A DNA stretch of 64,000 bases from positions 4,340,001 through 4,404,000 of the forward strand of contig NC_089429.1 in assembly GCF_026210795.1 (NCBI RefSeq), in the 5' to 3' direction. Below are positions 35,611-47,724 of this stretch, piece by piece. Made by a program: the position numbers and the translations under genes. The DNA is from Rhizophagus irregularis. Lineage: Eukaryota. The notes below the pieces were generated by a model. The model saw only the letters and a list, made by a program, of their open reading frames with translations. It had not been told where the DNA came from and searched no databases. Positions within the stretch are counted from its first letter, which is position 1, and each line of letters begins with the position of its first letter.

Positions 35611-36749
35611 ATGTGATTAAAATTATCCCTGAATGTTGCTTGCATAATTGCTAAAGAACGCAATGGATTTTGTCTTTCTGATAAGTATATTAATAGCAAG
35701 ACTCCTTTAAAATGGTGTTATTCCAAAGGTTATGCAACACTTTATAGTATAAAAATCAAAATTCATGGTGTTCTACTTGTGCAGATCATCATCCATTTCG
35801 TCTTGAAATTGCTAAAAAGATTGCCAAAGAAAGAGGCGGACTATGCTTTTCCAACTAATGTAAAGCCACCAAAGAAGTATTACAGTGGAAATGCTCTAAT
35901 GGGCATGAGTGGTCAGTAACTTATAATAATGTTATACATGAAAAAAATTGGTATATGAAATGTTCGCATAGGAATCCTTGCACAATTGATATTGCCAGAA
36001 ATATTGCACATGAAAAAAAATTGTGCAGGTCGTAGTGTATCTAAACATACTCTTGAAAATGTTAGAAAAATTGCATATAGTAGAAATGTGAAATATCTTT
36101 CTGAAAAATACATTAATATCACAACAGCTTTATTGGCATTGTTCTAAAGGGCATGAATGGAATGCAACACTTAATAGCATTAAAAATGCAAATTCATGGC
36201 ATCCCCATTGTTCTGGATGATATGCTTGTGATATTGATCAAGCCAAGCAAATCGCATTTAGCCAGAATGGTGAATGTCTCTCTACCTCATATTTTAATAA
36301 CTATTCAAATCTATTATGGAAATGTGTTAAAGGACATATATGGCATGCAACACTTAATACTATTAAAGATCAAAGTACCTGGTATCCATTCTACCCTAAA
36401 TACAAAAGAGAAAAATTATGTCATGAAATTTTAACAAAATACCTTGGCTCTCCTTCACTAATCCGTAGGCCTGATTTCTTAAAGACACAAGAATATCCAA
36501 ATGGAGTAGAACTCGATATTCCCTATTATGAATATGGCTTTACTATCGAAGTACAAGACGTATAACATAAAAAATATCATGAATTCTTTCATAGAGGGAA
36601 CCCAAATAATTTCATCAAACAGCAAGCACAGGATCAACTTGAGAAGGAATTATGCGAAAAGAATTTGATTGCCCTAAGGTATGTCTAATTACGAAGACCC
36701 ATACATAGTTATTTCAGAACATCTCTGAGAACTGGGCCTTATAGAATAA
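35611..36749 (+). pseudogene. Zinc-ribbon-repeat protein with C-terminal PD-(D/E)xK-type endonuclease (type common in large DNA viruses), decayed
   Basis: Repeats like AKERGGLC..LQWKCSNGHEW and CSKGHEWNATLNSIKNANSW; C-terminus RPDFLKT..GVELDIPYYEYGFTIEVQ..H..YHEFFH..QQAQDQLEKELC. Confidence 0.7.
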
Positions 36750-36804
36750 AGACGAAACTGCATGTATTTCATTAAAATTCTTATTTTTTTGATATAGTAA
36801 TTTC

Positions 36805-37520
36805 ATGCTCAGCCTAACCAAAATGAGAAAAATGGAGTATTATATATACCATCTTAACGAGACCAAAAATTCAAAGAATATGAATCACTCTGCAAGTCCC
36901 GCATTTCCTTTTCATTTGTTAATTTGCGGTGGATCAGATAGTGAAAAAACCAATATTATTCTTAATCTTCTTCTTGGTAATAAAATTCAACATTTATACA
37001 AGGAGAAGAAAGGTGAGCGATATGTCAAAAATGATGATCTAGTATTAATCGGAAAGGGTATTAGTGAAAAACTGTTATAAATTATTTCAAAGGGCCTAAA
37101 AGCATATCAGGAGAATGTAACATTTCGTGCATTAAAAGCGGATGCAATTCCAGACGTAACTAAATTTTCTTCAGACAGGAATACGGTTGTAGTCTTCAAG
37201 GATTTTTGTGTTGAATCAAAAAAAATTCAGGATCGGATTGTTCCATATTTTATTAGTGGTCGACATCAGGGTGTATCAAGCATATATGTGAGCCAGAAAT
37301 AATATTTCACACTTAGCTTTATTTTGAGGCTCAGGAAGTCGTGAAGATATATGCAGAATTGTGCGTCAATAATCAATATACAGATGATCCAACAAAAGCA
37401 TCCAAGATAATTGACAAACATTTGCGAGATCAGAATTTTGTAGCCTTTGATTTTACTAAAGCAAATGATGATTCTCTCGCAATTAAATTAGGTTGGGACA
37501 CACCCTTAAAATTGGATTAG
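36805..37520 (+). pseudogene. A32-like (FtsK/HerA superfamily) viral DNA-packaging ATPase, decayed
   Basis: Walker A relic [23 protein letters not shown], Walker B relic TVVVFKDF, signature [17 protein letters not shown] (37247-37297), C-terminal NISHLALF..FVAFDF; stops and deletions. Confidence 0.8.
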
Positions 37521-37629
37521 GTTCTTATATTACATGCACATAAAGCAATCACAAATTGTAATGTCGATCATTTTTTTATGGATAATATACAGAGAAAACT
37601 TATAACGCAATACATTGCCTTTACTAATC

Positions 37630-40600
37630 ATTCTTATAATTTAGTAAAATTCAGTCAATGTCACAGGAGGTGGAATATTCAAGACTGGGATGTGAACCAG
37701 ATGAGAAGATGTATTCGAATCCCTATGATAGGACAGGCCAGTAGGTGTTGTTGGTCTATTCAATTCATCTATAAATCATAGTTCAACTCTTTTCTAATAA
37801 AGAAATAATAGCTATAATATATACTGACTTTCTTAAAAATAGACAGACATTATAATTAACAAACTCACCATTAAGCTATATAAATTTTCTATGACCGAAG
37901 TTATAGTTAAAAAATTTGCGTTTTCGGTGGGTAACAGCATTTTACCAATTTGCTTGAAACGATATAAGCCATCAAAGGGTATATCCATGCTGAAACATTT
38001 AATACAACATCCTGACCAAATTTATGTCTAGTTAGCTTGAAGATACTTGGATCAGCTGTAGTAAAATTACATTAACTTACCATTTATAATAATTCTGAAG
38101 GTTTCAGAAGCTTGAGAATACCCAAATTGTTTGTGCAATGAATCTAACGATCCCTTCATAAATTCCGCGAGTTTGATTAACGCTTTATTTACGATTACAT
38201 TAGTAGCACGTGGAGGTTTTATTTCTCCGAATATAATTTCACTTTCTTTATTGAAAAGAACCCGGAAATCTGGTTTCCGTCCATGTTTATGGTTATCAGA
38301 CTTCCGTCGTTTCTTTGAACTGTCAGATTCTCCATTGGCCCTGATTCACCAATTCAGGAACTAAGTATACGTATACATTGCATAGTTGCACTAATGAGGA
38401 TTTCACTTACCACACGAGTTTAAGATTACTTGTATTGAATATTTCTTCCAACATCGAATGGCAATATTTGTGAACAAAGGTGTCTTTGTCCATAATATTA
38501 TCAATACTATCTGACGGTATATTTAGAAAGCTGGAGAATAGATAGCAACAATACATCATTAGCAACACAAACAAAAACGAATAATTGCTAAAACTTACAA
38601 GTTTCTTGATACGAGTTGGACACATTCAAAAATATTCTTTTCTTCTTCGGTCATTGAATGTTCCCATTTAGTCCAGTTATGGCACCATTTCTCTCGTAGC
38701 AATTTTTTATCCGTTAGAAACTAAGCATAAACGGAAACAAATCAAGCCATTCATTAATTTCATTTATTACTTATTATAATGTTCCTGATATTGAGAAAGG
38801 ACTTACTCTACTATATTGCATAATATTTAACTGAGCACTGACTGGCAATTCTGAGGGAATCAAAGGTTTTGGTAACGCATCTTGCCAAATTTGTTCAGAA
38901 CATTTTAAATACTCCAGTTTATCCTCTTTCACGTAAATGATTGATGAAAGGCATCTGCAATTTGTATAAAAATTAAAAATTGAAAATATCAATCAATTCT
39001 GCACGACAAGATACTTACAGGATTTCATCAATGTCAGTCGCATATGAGAGTGTCAGATCATTTTTCAATCATTCAACCGTACTCATCTGGAAATCACGAA
39101 AATCCTTAGAAATATTATATCCGTTGGCTAACCACTATAAGTAAAAAAAATCAATGATTAATGGATGCTTACTATACCTATAATATTTCAATACTTACAT
39201 CATGATCCGATTTATCAGAAATTTTTAATTTGTCAACAACGTGTCCCCATGAGAATATCGTTTTTGACTGATAAATATTAACCGATTAATGTTTAAATCT
39301 TGCTAATTGTGGTCGATTACTCAAAAAACTTACTTTTTCCGCTTTTTCTGCTTTGACGGGTGATTCTGATTCATCACAGGTAGTTTGTCCAACATCAACG
39401 ATTGCATCATCGGTGTTAAAAATAGTGGATGTTCTTTGTATATTCATAGAGGAACCAGATGATTGCCCGCGTCAACAACAATTTTCTTACTTGATTTATT
39501 TCGTTTGACGCTCTTACTTCCAGTACCTTTCACTGACCTACGCTTTCTAGACGCATCTTTAACAACATTGGGAGGACCTTGGAAGAAAGTGTCTATCTCA
39601 TCCTGCAGAAATACAAAGTCAGTCAATACAGATTAGAAACGAACGAGCTTATACACATAATACGACAGACAAAACAAAAAAACATTACTGGAGAGGGAGA
39701 GGCCTCGGTTGATGTTTCGGCGTCAAAAGAATTATCTCCACTTTTATAGGATGGAGGGGGAGAACGACCGTGAAAGTTGGGAGGAGGTGTAATAACAGGG
39801 GAAGTTGCTTCTTCTGGTCGTTTTTTTGGATTTTCTGTTCCTGTTATTGTCTGTGAATAATATATTAATAAAGTATACAAATGTTTATTATCAACAGTAT
39901 TTCATACCAATGTATCGTTAACATTTTCGATTGCCGAATGAACGTTTCTAATTGTTGTTGCAAAGGTTTTTTTGGAAACACTTATCAACGAACTAACAGC
40001 TTCAATCTGTAGTCAGTAAAAGAAATAAATTAATATAGTGTCGAACTTTGTTGGAGCAACAAGTAAATTATAACCTCTGCGGTCTGTAACTGATCCTGTA
40101 GCTGTCCATTTAGTTCAATTTTATTCCAAAAAGCGTTGACATTGCAAAAAGTATCACGATGGCCCTAAAAATAAAGAATTAATATGATTAGTTAAAGTAT
40201 GGCCTCATTGGTCCATGTGGAATTAGTACACTGCGGAAAGCAGGTACAACGGACATTCCGACCATAAGGTAGACAGCATTCCATTGTCCACCGTAGTTGT
40301 ATGGGTTCCATTTTCCAATAGCGGACATTCCGACCGTAAGGTAGACAGCATTCCATTGTCACCGTAGCTATAAGAGCTCCCTCTGCGAATCACTTATACA
40401 AAGAATATTTATAAAAAAGAATCACTTGCCTTAAATTTTTTTTTAGCAGACTAGAAGTTTTCTTCGATTCTTCCGAGCCATCCTTTTCGAGATTATCGAG
40501 ATCCATTTGCAGTTTGTAGGATTCCTTCTGAAAAGAGAAAGTAAAGTCCACTTGCTTCGAACGGTATTTATAAAAGTTAAGAAAACTATATTCTTTAGGT

Positions 40601-40641
40601 TCGGTTTCACTAAAGTAAGCACACCACTTGCTAGACATTGT
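37630..40641 (-). pseudogene. Multi-exon gene with PD-(D/E)xK/REase-like C-terminus; probably disrupted
   Basis: First exon MSSKWCAYFSE..YSFLNFYKYR; many short GT-AG introns; RKPDFRVLF..IFGEIKPP..KLAEFMK near 38150-38280; apparent in-frame stops; 3' end approximate. Confidence 0.6.
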
Positions 40642-41037
40642 CTTTTGATCAATTAGAAAGCGGGAGTAAATTTTTTGATAAGCTTTGCCTTGGGCCTTGG
40701 GATTATATATATGAGAAATGTCGATCATGCACTATGCACGTGATTATATATCACAATCACGAGGAAACTATCAATTATACATAATCATAAATATAACGAT
40801 AAGTATTTGAGAATTTAAAACATACACGTTTTAAGAATTCAAAATAAAATCTTTATTAACTTTTTGTAAAGTAATACATGAGAAAGATGCCGGCTGGCTA
40901 AGTAAAAAATGAATAAAAAAAAATGATTGAAGTAGATCTCATTTAATAAAGCACGAAAAGTTAATGCCCGCCAGCCCCTAAGCCAAATATAGCGGTTCCT
41001 TCTCACTACTCCATGTTATTAACTACATTAAGTTTAT

Positions 41038-41818
41038 TATCTAACCATAAACCAAATATCACCTAAAGTACTAATGTACCCATCCTTCTTCTTGATATTT
41101 CTCTCATAAAACCCTTGAACCGTAACTTTCTTAATATTCCCACCTAATTCATGAATTTCCATTGCTACATGAAGACACATTTCTTCTAAGTTAAACCTTT
41201 TTTCTGCCTTAATTTTATCAAAAATTTCCTTGAATTGAGTCCAGATAGTTAAGCTAATACCCTTGAATGTTATTGTGCCTGAACTGATGAACTTTCAGAT
41301 GATGCTTCAGAATGGTTTGGTACACTTTGTTGGTCGATTTAGACTGGCTGATTTCTTCTGGCAATTGCATAATATTGAATTAATCCGTTTTGGAGAGCAT
41401 CGATAGAAGCATTAACTGAGGCAAAATCATTACAGCAGGCTTCTTCGATATTATTAAGTCTTGTGGTCACGTTGTTGATCATTGATAGAATTTTCTGCAC
41501 CTCCTTACTGAAGTCATCATCACATGCCTTGATCTTTTTAGCTTCTGCATTAAGTTTACCATTGATTTCGGCATAAATTCTACTGATTTCTGCAGTGAAT
41601 GATGAATTAAAATTGGAAATATTCGCGTTAACTTTTGCAGTGAGCCTATCGTTAATTTCAGTAAAGGTCTTTTCTATTTCCGGTGTATCATCATTGACAA
41701 TTTTAATGGCACGTGCATAGAGTTCATCAGAGACTTTCTGTTTGATATTTGACCATATGATTGCAAATCCCATGAATATCACTAAAAATAGCAAATAAGA
41801 CCAAAAATGGCATGCTTC
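41038..41818 (-). pseudogene. Membrane-anchored coiled-coil protein with a downstream helical segment; 5' end cut by a CACTA insertion
   Basis: ORF 41339-41821 starts at a GTG inside the TIR; hydrophobic FWSYLLFLVIFMGFAIIW then heptads; a further open segment (EEMCLHVAMEIHELGGNIKKVTVQGFYER) runs to 41038. Confidence 0.5.
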
Positions 41819-43149
41819 CACTGGTCGAAATCATTTCTTTCGGCATTAATACCTTTCGTCAAAGTTTGTCATCATCGTCACGTGATTCGTCACACATTTG
41901 GCTAATTACAAAATTTGGAAAAATTTTGGCATAAATCAACTGGTCGATTTTGGTCGATTTTTGGTTGAGCTGTAACATAAAAAAAACCATAAATCGACCA
42001 ATACTTCTTTTTTATCGATTTTTATTAATAACAACGATCAACTTAAAACTTTTTTGACGATTTTTAACCGATTTTTTAATTAATTTTAATTAATATCAAT
42101 AAATAATAATGACATATAAGTAAAATAAGAAAACACTGAAGTTAAAGATTCGTCAAATTTTATTGTAAATCAATTTATTCGTATTATTTATTATTAAATA
42201 ACCAATTCCATAAAATTTGTTAAACAATTATTGTAAAGAAAAATTCTGTAGCTTTTAGTAAATTACCGAATGTGAAACTTGCGATTTAATGGATTTATCG
42301 CTAAATATTCAGTTACGTTGCGGTTAGAAGAAATTTTATATTTAGCGGGCACAAATCGGCAAAGAATGTTGTGTACTGGAATAATACAATCCCTACTTTC
42401 AGGAAAAAAATCTGTTTTCCATAATTCAACATTGCATGTTTCCGTTTCTTCGGTATCATCAATACTAAAATGATACCGAATATTTGCTGTGTCTGCTGGT
42501 CGGTACTACCTAATAAAAGCCAAATAATGCTCAGTAGCACTGGTCAAAATCAATTCTATCGGGTACATATCAGGTACCTATATATCGGTGGCTAATCGGA
42601 TAAATATCAGGTATTTTTACATATCAGGTACCTGATATCTAAACTATTAGTCACTGATATGTATATCGGGTATTGATCTATCTTACACATATCAGGTATC
42701 CGATATGTAAATTTTAATACGTTAAGATTTTTATTTTGTATAACGTACTGTATTATTTATAATCCGTTTCAACTAAAATTTTTTATTTAAATTCATTTTT
42801 TAGATAACTTTTATAAATAATTTTTTAAGAAATTTTAAAAGTCCATTTGAATAATATTTAATAGGGATTTTATTTAAGAAACTTTTAGATTTTTTAGATT
42901 TTTTGAGAAATTTTTTGAGTCCGTTTGGAAAAATTATTTTTTGAGAATTTTTTAACTAAGGGGATCGTTTAGGGCATTTTTTGATAAAGAATTTTCTAAG
43001 GGTTTATTTGAGAAAATTATTTTTTGAGAATTTTTTAATTAAAGGTATCATTTGATAGAAATTTCTAAAAGTTCGTTAGGGAAATTTTTTTGTATTTTTT
43101 AATTAAGGGAATTGTTTAGGGGCTAGTGCTCCTAACAGATCGGTTCAGA

Positions 43150-45400
43150 CCTTCCTTTTTTTAAATCCTGGTCGTTCAGCTTCGTCTCATGTCCAGGTTT
43201 CCTAAAAAAAAGAAAGGAAACGTTAATTAGTACGTTCCCTTAAGTAAAAATAAAAAAAAATAAAAAAAGAAACGAACTTACCATAGTTCGTTCTTTTTTT
43301 TAAATCCTGGTCGTTCAGCTTCGCCTCACATCCAGATTTCCTAAAAAAAAGAAAGAGAACGTTAATTAGTATGTTCCCTTAAGTAAAAATAAATAAATAA
43401 AAAAAAAAAACGAACTTACCATAGTTCGTTCCTTTTTTAAATCCTGGTCATTCAGTTTCGTCTCACGTTCAGGTTTCCTAAAAAAAAGAAAGGGAACGTT
43501 AATTAGTACGTTCCCTTAAGTAAAAAATAAAAAAAATAAAAAAAAGAAATGAACTTACCATAGTTTGTTCTTTTTTTTAAATCCTGGTCGTTCAGCTTCG
43601 CCTCACGTCCAGGTTTCCTAAAAAAAAGAAAGGGAATGTTAATTAGTACGCACAGGTTGAAAAGTGAAAAATCAGGCATCAATCAGTCACCAATCGGTCA
43701 CCAATCAGGTACCTGATTGGTGACCGATTGGTGACTGATTGGCATTTTCGCCAAATACCGTCACCAATCAGGCAGTTTGCTAACTTTTGATCCAGTGATC
43801 AGAAAAAGATGAAATATAGCTCATTGGAATCGTCTCAACAAGACGAATCTAATGGTAGTAAAATCGCATTTCTAGAATTAATACTTGATGAAAAATTAAG
43901 TAAAATATAAAAATGAAAATGTATCATTTATATTTTATTTAATTTTTTATTAACTATTAATCCTAGAGATGCGATTTTACTACCATTAGATTCGTCTTGT
44001 TGAGACGATTCCAATGAGCTATATTTCATCTTTTTCTGATCACTGGATCAAAAGTTAGCAAATTGCCTGATTGGTGACGGTATTTGGCGAAAATGCCAAT
44101 CAGGCACTGATTGGTGCCTGATTTTTCACTTTTCGACCTGTGACGTTCCCTTAAGTAAAAATAAAAAAAAAACAAAAAAAAGAAACGAACTTACCATAGT
44201 TCGCTCTTTTTTTTAAATTTTGGTCGTTCAGCTTTGCCTCACGTCCAGGTTTCCTAAAAAAAAGAAAGGGAACGTTAATTAGTATGTTCCCCTTAAGTAA
44301 AAATAAAAAAAAACAAAAAAAAAAACAAACTTAATATAGTTCGTTCTTTTTTTTAAATCCTGATCGTTCAGTTTTGTCTCATGTCCAGGTTTCCTAAAAA
44401 AAATAAAGGGAACGTTAATTAGTACGTTCCCTTAAGTAAAAATAAAAAAAAACAAAAAAAAGAAACGAACTTACCATAGTTTGTTCTTTTTTTTAAATCC
44501 TGGTCGTTCAGCCTCGCCTCACGTCCAGGTTTTCTAAAAAAAAGAAAGGGAATGTTAATTAGTATGTTCCATTAAGTAAAAATAAAAAAAACAAAAAAAA
44601 AATGAACTTACCATAGTTCGTTCCTTTTTTTAAATCCTGGTCGTTTAGTTTCGTCTTACGTCCAGGTTTCCTAAACTTTTTTTTAAATCCTGGTCGTTTA
44701 GCTTTGCCTTACGTCCAGGTTTCCTAAAAAAAAGAAAGGGAACGTTAATTAGTACGTTCCCTTAAGTAAAAATAAAAAAAAACAAAAAAAAGAAATGAAC
44801 TTACCATAGTTCGTTCTTTTTTTTAAATCCTGGTCGTTCAGCTTTGCCTTACGTCCAGGTTTCCTAAAAAAAAGAAAGGGAACGTTAATTAGTACGTTCC
44901 CTTAAGTAAAAATAAAAAAAAACAAAAAAAAGAAATGAACTTACCATAGTTCGTTCTTTTTTTAAATCCTGGTCGTTCAGCTTCGCCTCACGTTCAGGTT
45001 TCCTAAAAAAAGAAAGGGAACGTTAATTAGTATGTTCCCTTAAGTAAAAATAAAAAAATAAAAAAAAAATGAACTTACCATAGTTCATTTTTTTTTAAAT
45101 CCTGGTCGTTCAGCTTCGCCTCACGTTCAGGTTTCCTTAAAAAAAAAAGAAAGGGAACGTTAATTACGTTCTCTTAAGTAAAAATAAAAAAACTTAAAAA
45201 AAAGGAACGAACTTACCATAGTTCGTTCATTTTTTTTAAATCCTGGTCATGTCGTTAGGCTTCGTTCGTCCAGGCTTCCTACTAAAAAAGAAGGGAACCA
45301 TTAATTACGTTCCCTCAAGTAAAAATAGCAAAAAAAGAAACGAACTTACCTAGTTCGTTCTTTTAAATCTTGGTCGTCCGGCTTCGTCCGTTCGTCCAGG
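43150..45400 (-). repeat. ~140-bp micro-exon/intron tandem array
   Basis: About 13 units; on minus strand ttttttag|gaaacctggacgtgaggcgaagctgaacgaccaggattt(a)ngaacgaactatg|gtaagt; hairpins over donor and branch point. Confidence 0.88.
43651..44142. mobile_element. Foldback CACTA-type MITE inserted in the array
   Basis: Ends cacaggttgaaaagtgaaaaatcaggca / tgcctgatttttcacttttcgacctgtg; 3-bp TSD acg/acg; nearly palindromic throughout. Confidence 0.93.
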
Positions 45401-45498
45401 AAAAGGTTTTTTAAAAAAAAATTTTTTTTTTATTTAAAAAAAAATTTGATCCGAATCTGTTCAGATTGGATCAGATTTTCTTGTATTATAGGGCATTT

Positions 45499-45560
45499 CA
45501 CTGGTCGAAATTTATACTATCGGGTATTTAGTATATCAGTATATTTGATTGGCCGATCTA
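45499..45560. mobile_element. Left terminus of another CACTG-type element; matching right end not identified
   Basis: cactggtcgaaatttatactatcgggta, related to the TIR at 42538. Confidence 0.65.
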
Positions 45561-45572
45561 CACATCTTTTTT

Positions 45573-47060
45573 TTTGTAGATTCCGGGTAAGTCCTAAAAG
45601 AAAGGCCAAAAAAAAGTGAAAGTCCTAAAAAGACAAAAAAAATGACCAAGAAAAAAAGAAGACAGTGTCTTAAAAAAAGTGAAGACCGAAAGAAAGAAAA
45701 GACCGAAATGAAAGACCAAAAAAAAGAAGGAGAAGTCCTAAAAAGAAAGACCGAAAAAAATGTAAAAAGTGTCTCTAAAAATTTTGTTTTTTTATGTAAG
45801 AACGTTCATTAAAGTTCTTTTACTGCTTTTTTTTTGTAGATTTCGGCCGGAACTTGGAAATGGAAATCGGTGAGTATTTTTAAAAAAAGGAAGCAAGTTT
45901 TTTCTTTAGTTTTTCATATGTAAGAACGTTTATTAACATTCTTTTACTTTCCCTTTTTGTAGATTTCGGCCTGTGAACTTGAAATTATGATCAGTAAGTG
46001 TTTTTAAAGAGGAAAGCAGGAGGTTTTTTTTATGTAAAAACGTTTATTAACGTTCTTTACTTCTTTTTTTTGTAGATTTTAACCTGCAATTCAGAAATGG
46101 GGACCGGTGGGTATTTGGAGAAGTAGGAGGTTTTTTTTTGTTTTTTATGTAAGAACGTTTATTAACGTTCTTTTATTTTTTTTTTGTAAATTTCGGTCCA
46201 GAACTCAGAAATGGAGACCGTTGGTAAGTATTTTTAAAGGGAGAAAGGGGATTTTTAAATTTTTCTTCATGTAAGAATGTATATTAATGTTCTTTTATTT
46301 CTATTTTTTTGTAGATTTCGGCCCAGAACTCAGAAATGGAGACCGGTAAATATTTTTAAAAAGGGAAGTGGGGTTTTTTATTTTATTTATGTAAGAACGT
46401 TTATTAACGTTCTTTTATTTCTATTTTTTTGTAGATTTCGGCCCGGAACTCAGAAATGGAGACTGGTGAGTATTTTTAAAAAAAGGAAGTGGGGTTTTTT
46501 ATTTTATTTATGTAAGAACGTTTATTAACGTTCTTTTACTTCTTTTTTTTGTAGATTTTAGCCTGCAACTCGGAAATGGAGACCAGTGAGTATTTGGAAA
46601 AGTAGGGGTTTTTTGTTTTCTTTATGTAAGAACGTTTATTAACGTTCCTTTACTTCTTTTATTGTAGATTTTAGCCTGGAACTTGAAAATGGAGACCGGT
46701 GAGTATTTCTAAATGTTTTTTTATATTTCTTCATATAAGAACATTTATTAACGTTCTTTTACTACCTTTTTTTGTAGATTTTAGCCCGGAACTCGGAAAT
46801 GGTGACCAGTGGTGAGTATTTTTAAAGGGAGAAAGCAGATTTTTTTAATTTTTCTTTATGTAAGAACGTTTATTAACGTTCCTTTACTTCTTTTTTTTGT
46901 AGATTTTAGCCCAGAACTTGGAAATGGAGACCGGTGAGTATTTCTAAAAAAGGAAGTTGTTTTTTTATATTTCTTCATGTAAGGATGTTAATAATGTTTC
47001 TTTTTTTTATCATTTTTATTAGGGACATGGATTCTTGGATAATAATACAAACTGTAAGTT
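45573..47060 (+). repeat. ~120-bp micro-exon/intron tandem array
   Basis: About 11 units: ttttgtag|atttcggcccggaactcagaaatggagaccg|gtgagt; mostly 30-34-nt exons; intron hairpin aagaacgtt-tatt-aacgttctt. Confidence 0.88.
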
Positions 47061-47158
47061 GAGTGGATGAAGGAGATTCTAAATTAATATTTATTATTGT
47101 GATATTTCAAAAAATCAGTGATTTAACTTATTGACTGGTATATGCATGATAGATTACC

Positions 47159-47679
47159 AGGACCCAGAAATATATATACAGGGGTAGGGTACACAGATGC
47201 GTCGCCATCATAGTGGAATTAGACGGAGTAAAGTTTTGATTTGCGTACAATTTTAGAATTTTTCATCTATAGTTAGGTCATCAAGATTGCGTATTTTTTA
47301 TCAAATTTTTTATATGTAAAAAATTAGTTTGCGTATTTTTGACCTAAATTTGGCTAATCTTATATATATAATATATTTACTGTACGTACTTATTTAATTA
47401 ACCGAATTGTAAGAAATTTCTAAGGGTTAAAAAGTGAAATTTTAGAAAAATATTATTAAAAAAATGGTAAATTCTATTTTTCACATTAGTATTTATAATA
47501 TAGAAGCCATGATAAAATAATTAATAACTTAATGTCTGAAATTTTATTTGCGTATTTTTGCAGGATTTTCAATATCAGGTGTCAATTATGCGTACTACTC
47601 ATATAAAAAGTCTCTGCGTACAGCTCATAGTAAAAAAATTTTTCGCCACCTGACCCCTATATATATATTTCTGGGTCCT
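47159..47679. mobile_element. MITE with 8-bp TSD
   Basis: About 27-bp TIR aggacccagaaatatatata.aggggt; TSD agattacc at 47151-47158 and 47680-47687. Confidence 0.88.
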
Positions 47680-47724
47680 AGATTACCGATAGGTACCCGA
47701 TATGTGACTAATTGGTATATTTAA

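Larger units (their letters stand above)
43124..45480. mobile_element. hAT-like non-autonomous element made almost entirely of a micro-exon array; right TIR not found
   Basis: Left end tagtgctcctaacag resembles the hAT TIR at 6809; right boundary approximate. Confidence 0.5.

Noticed and set aside
43150..47060. Repeat arrays as CRISPR arrays
   Set aside because: No unique spacers (whole units are homologous), no cas genes, eukaryotic context; units carry splice signals instead
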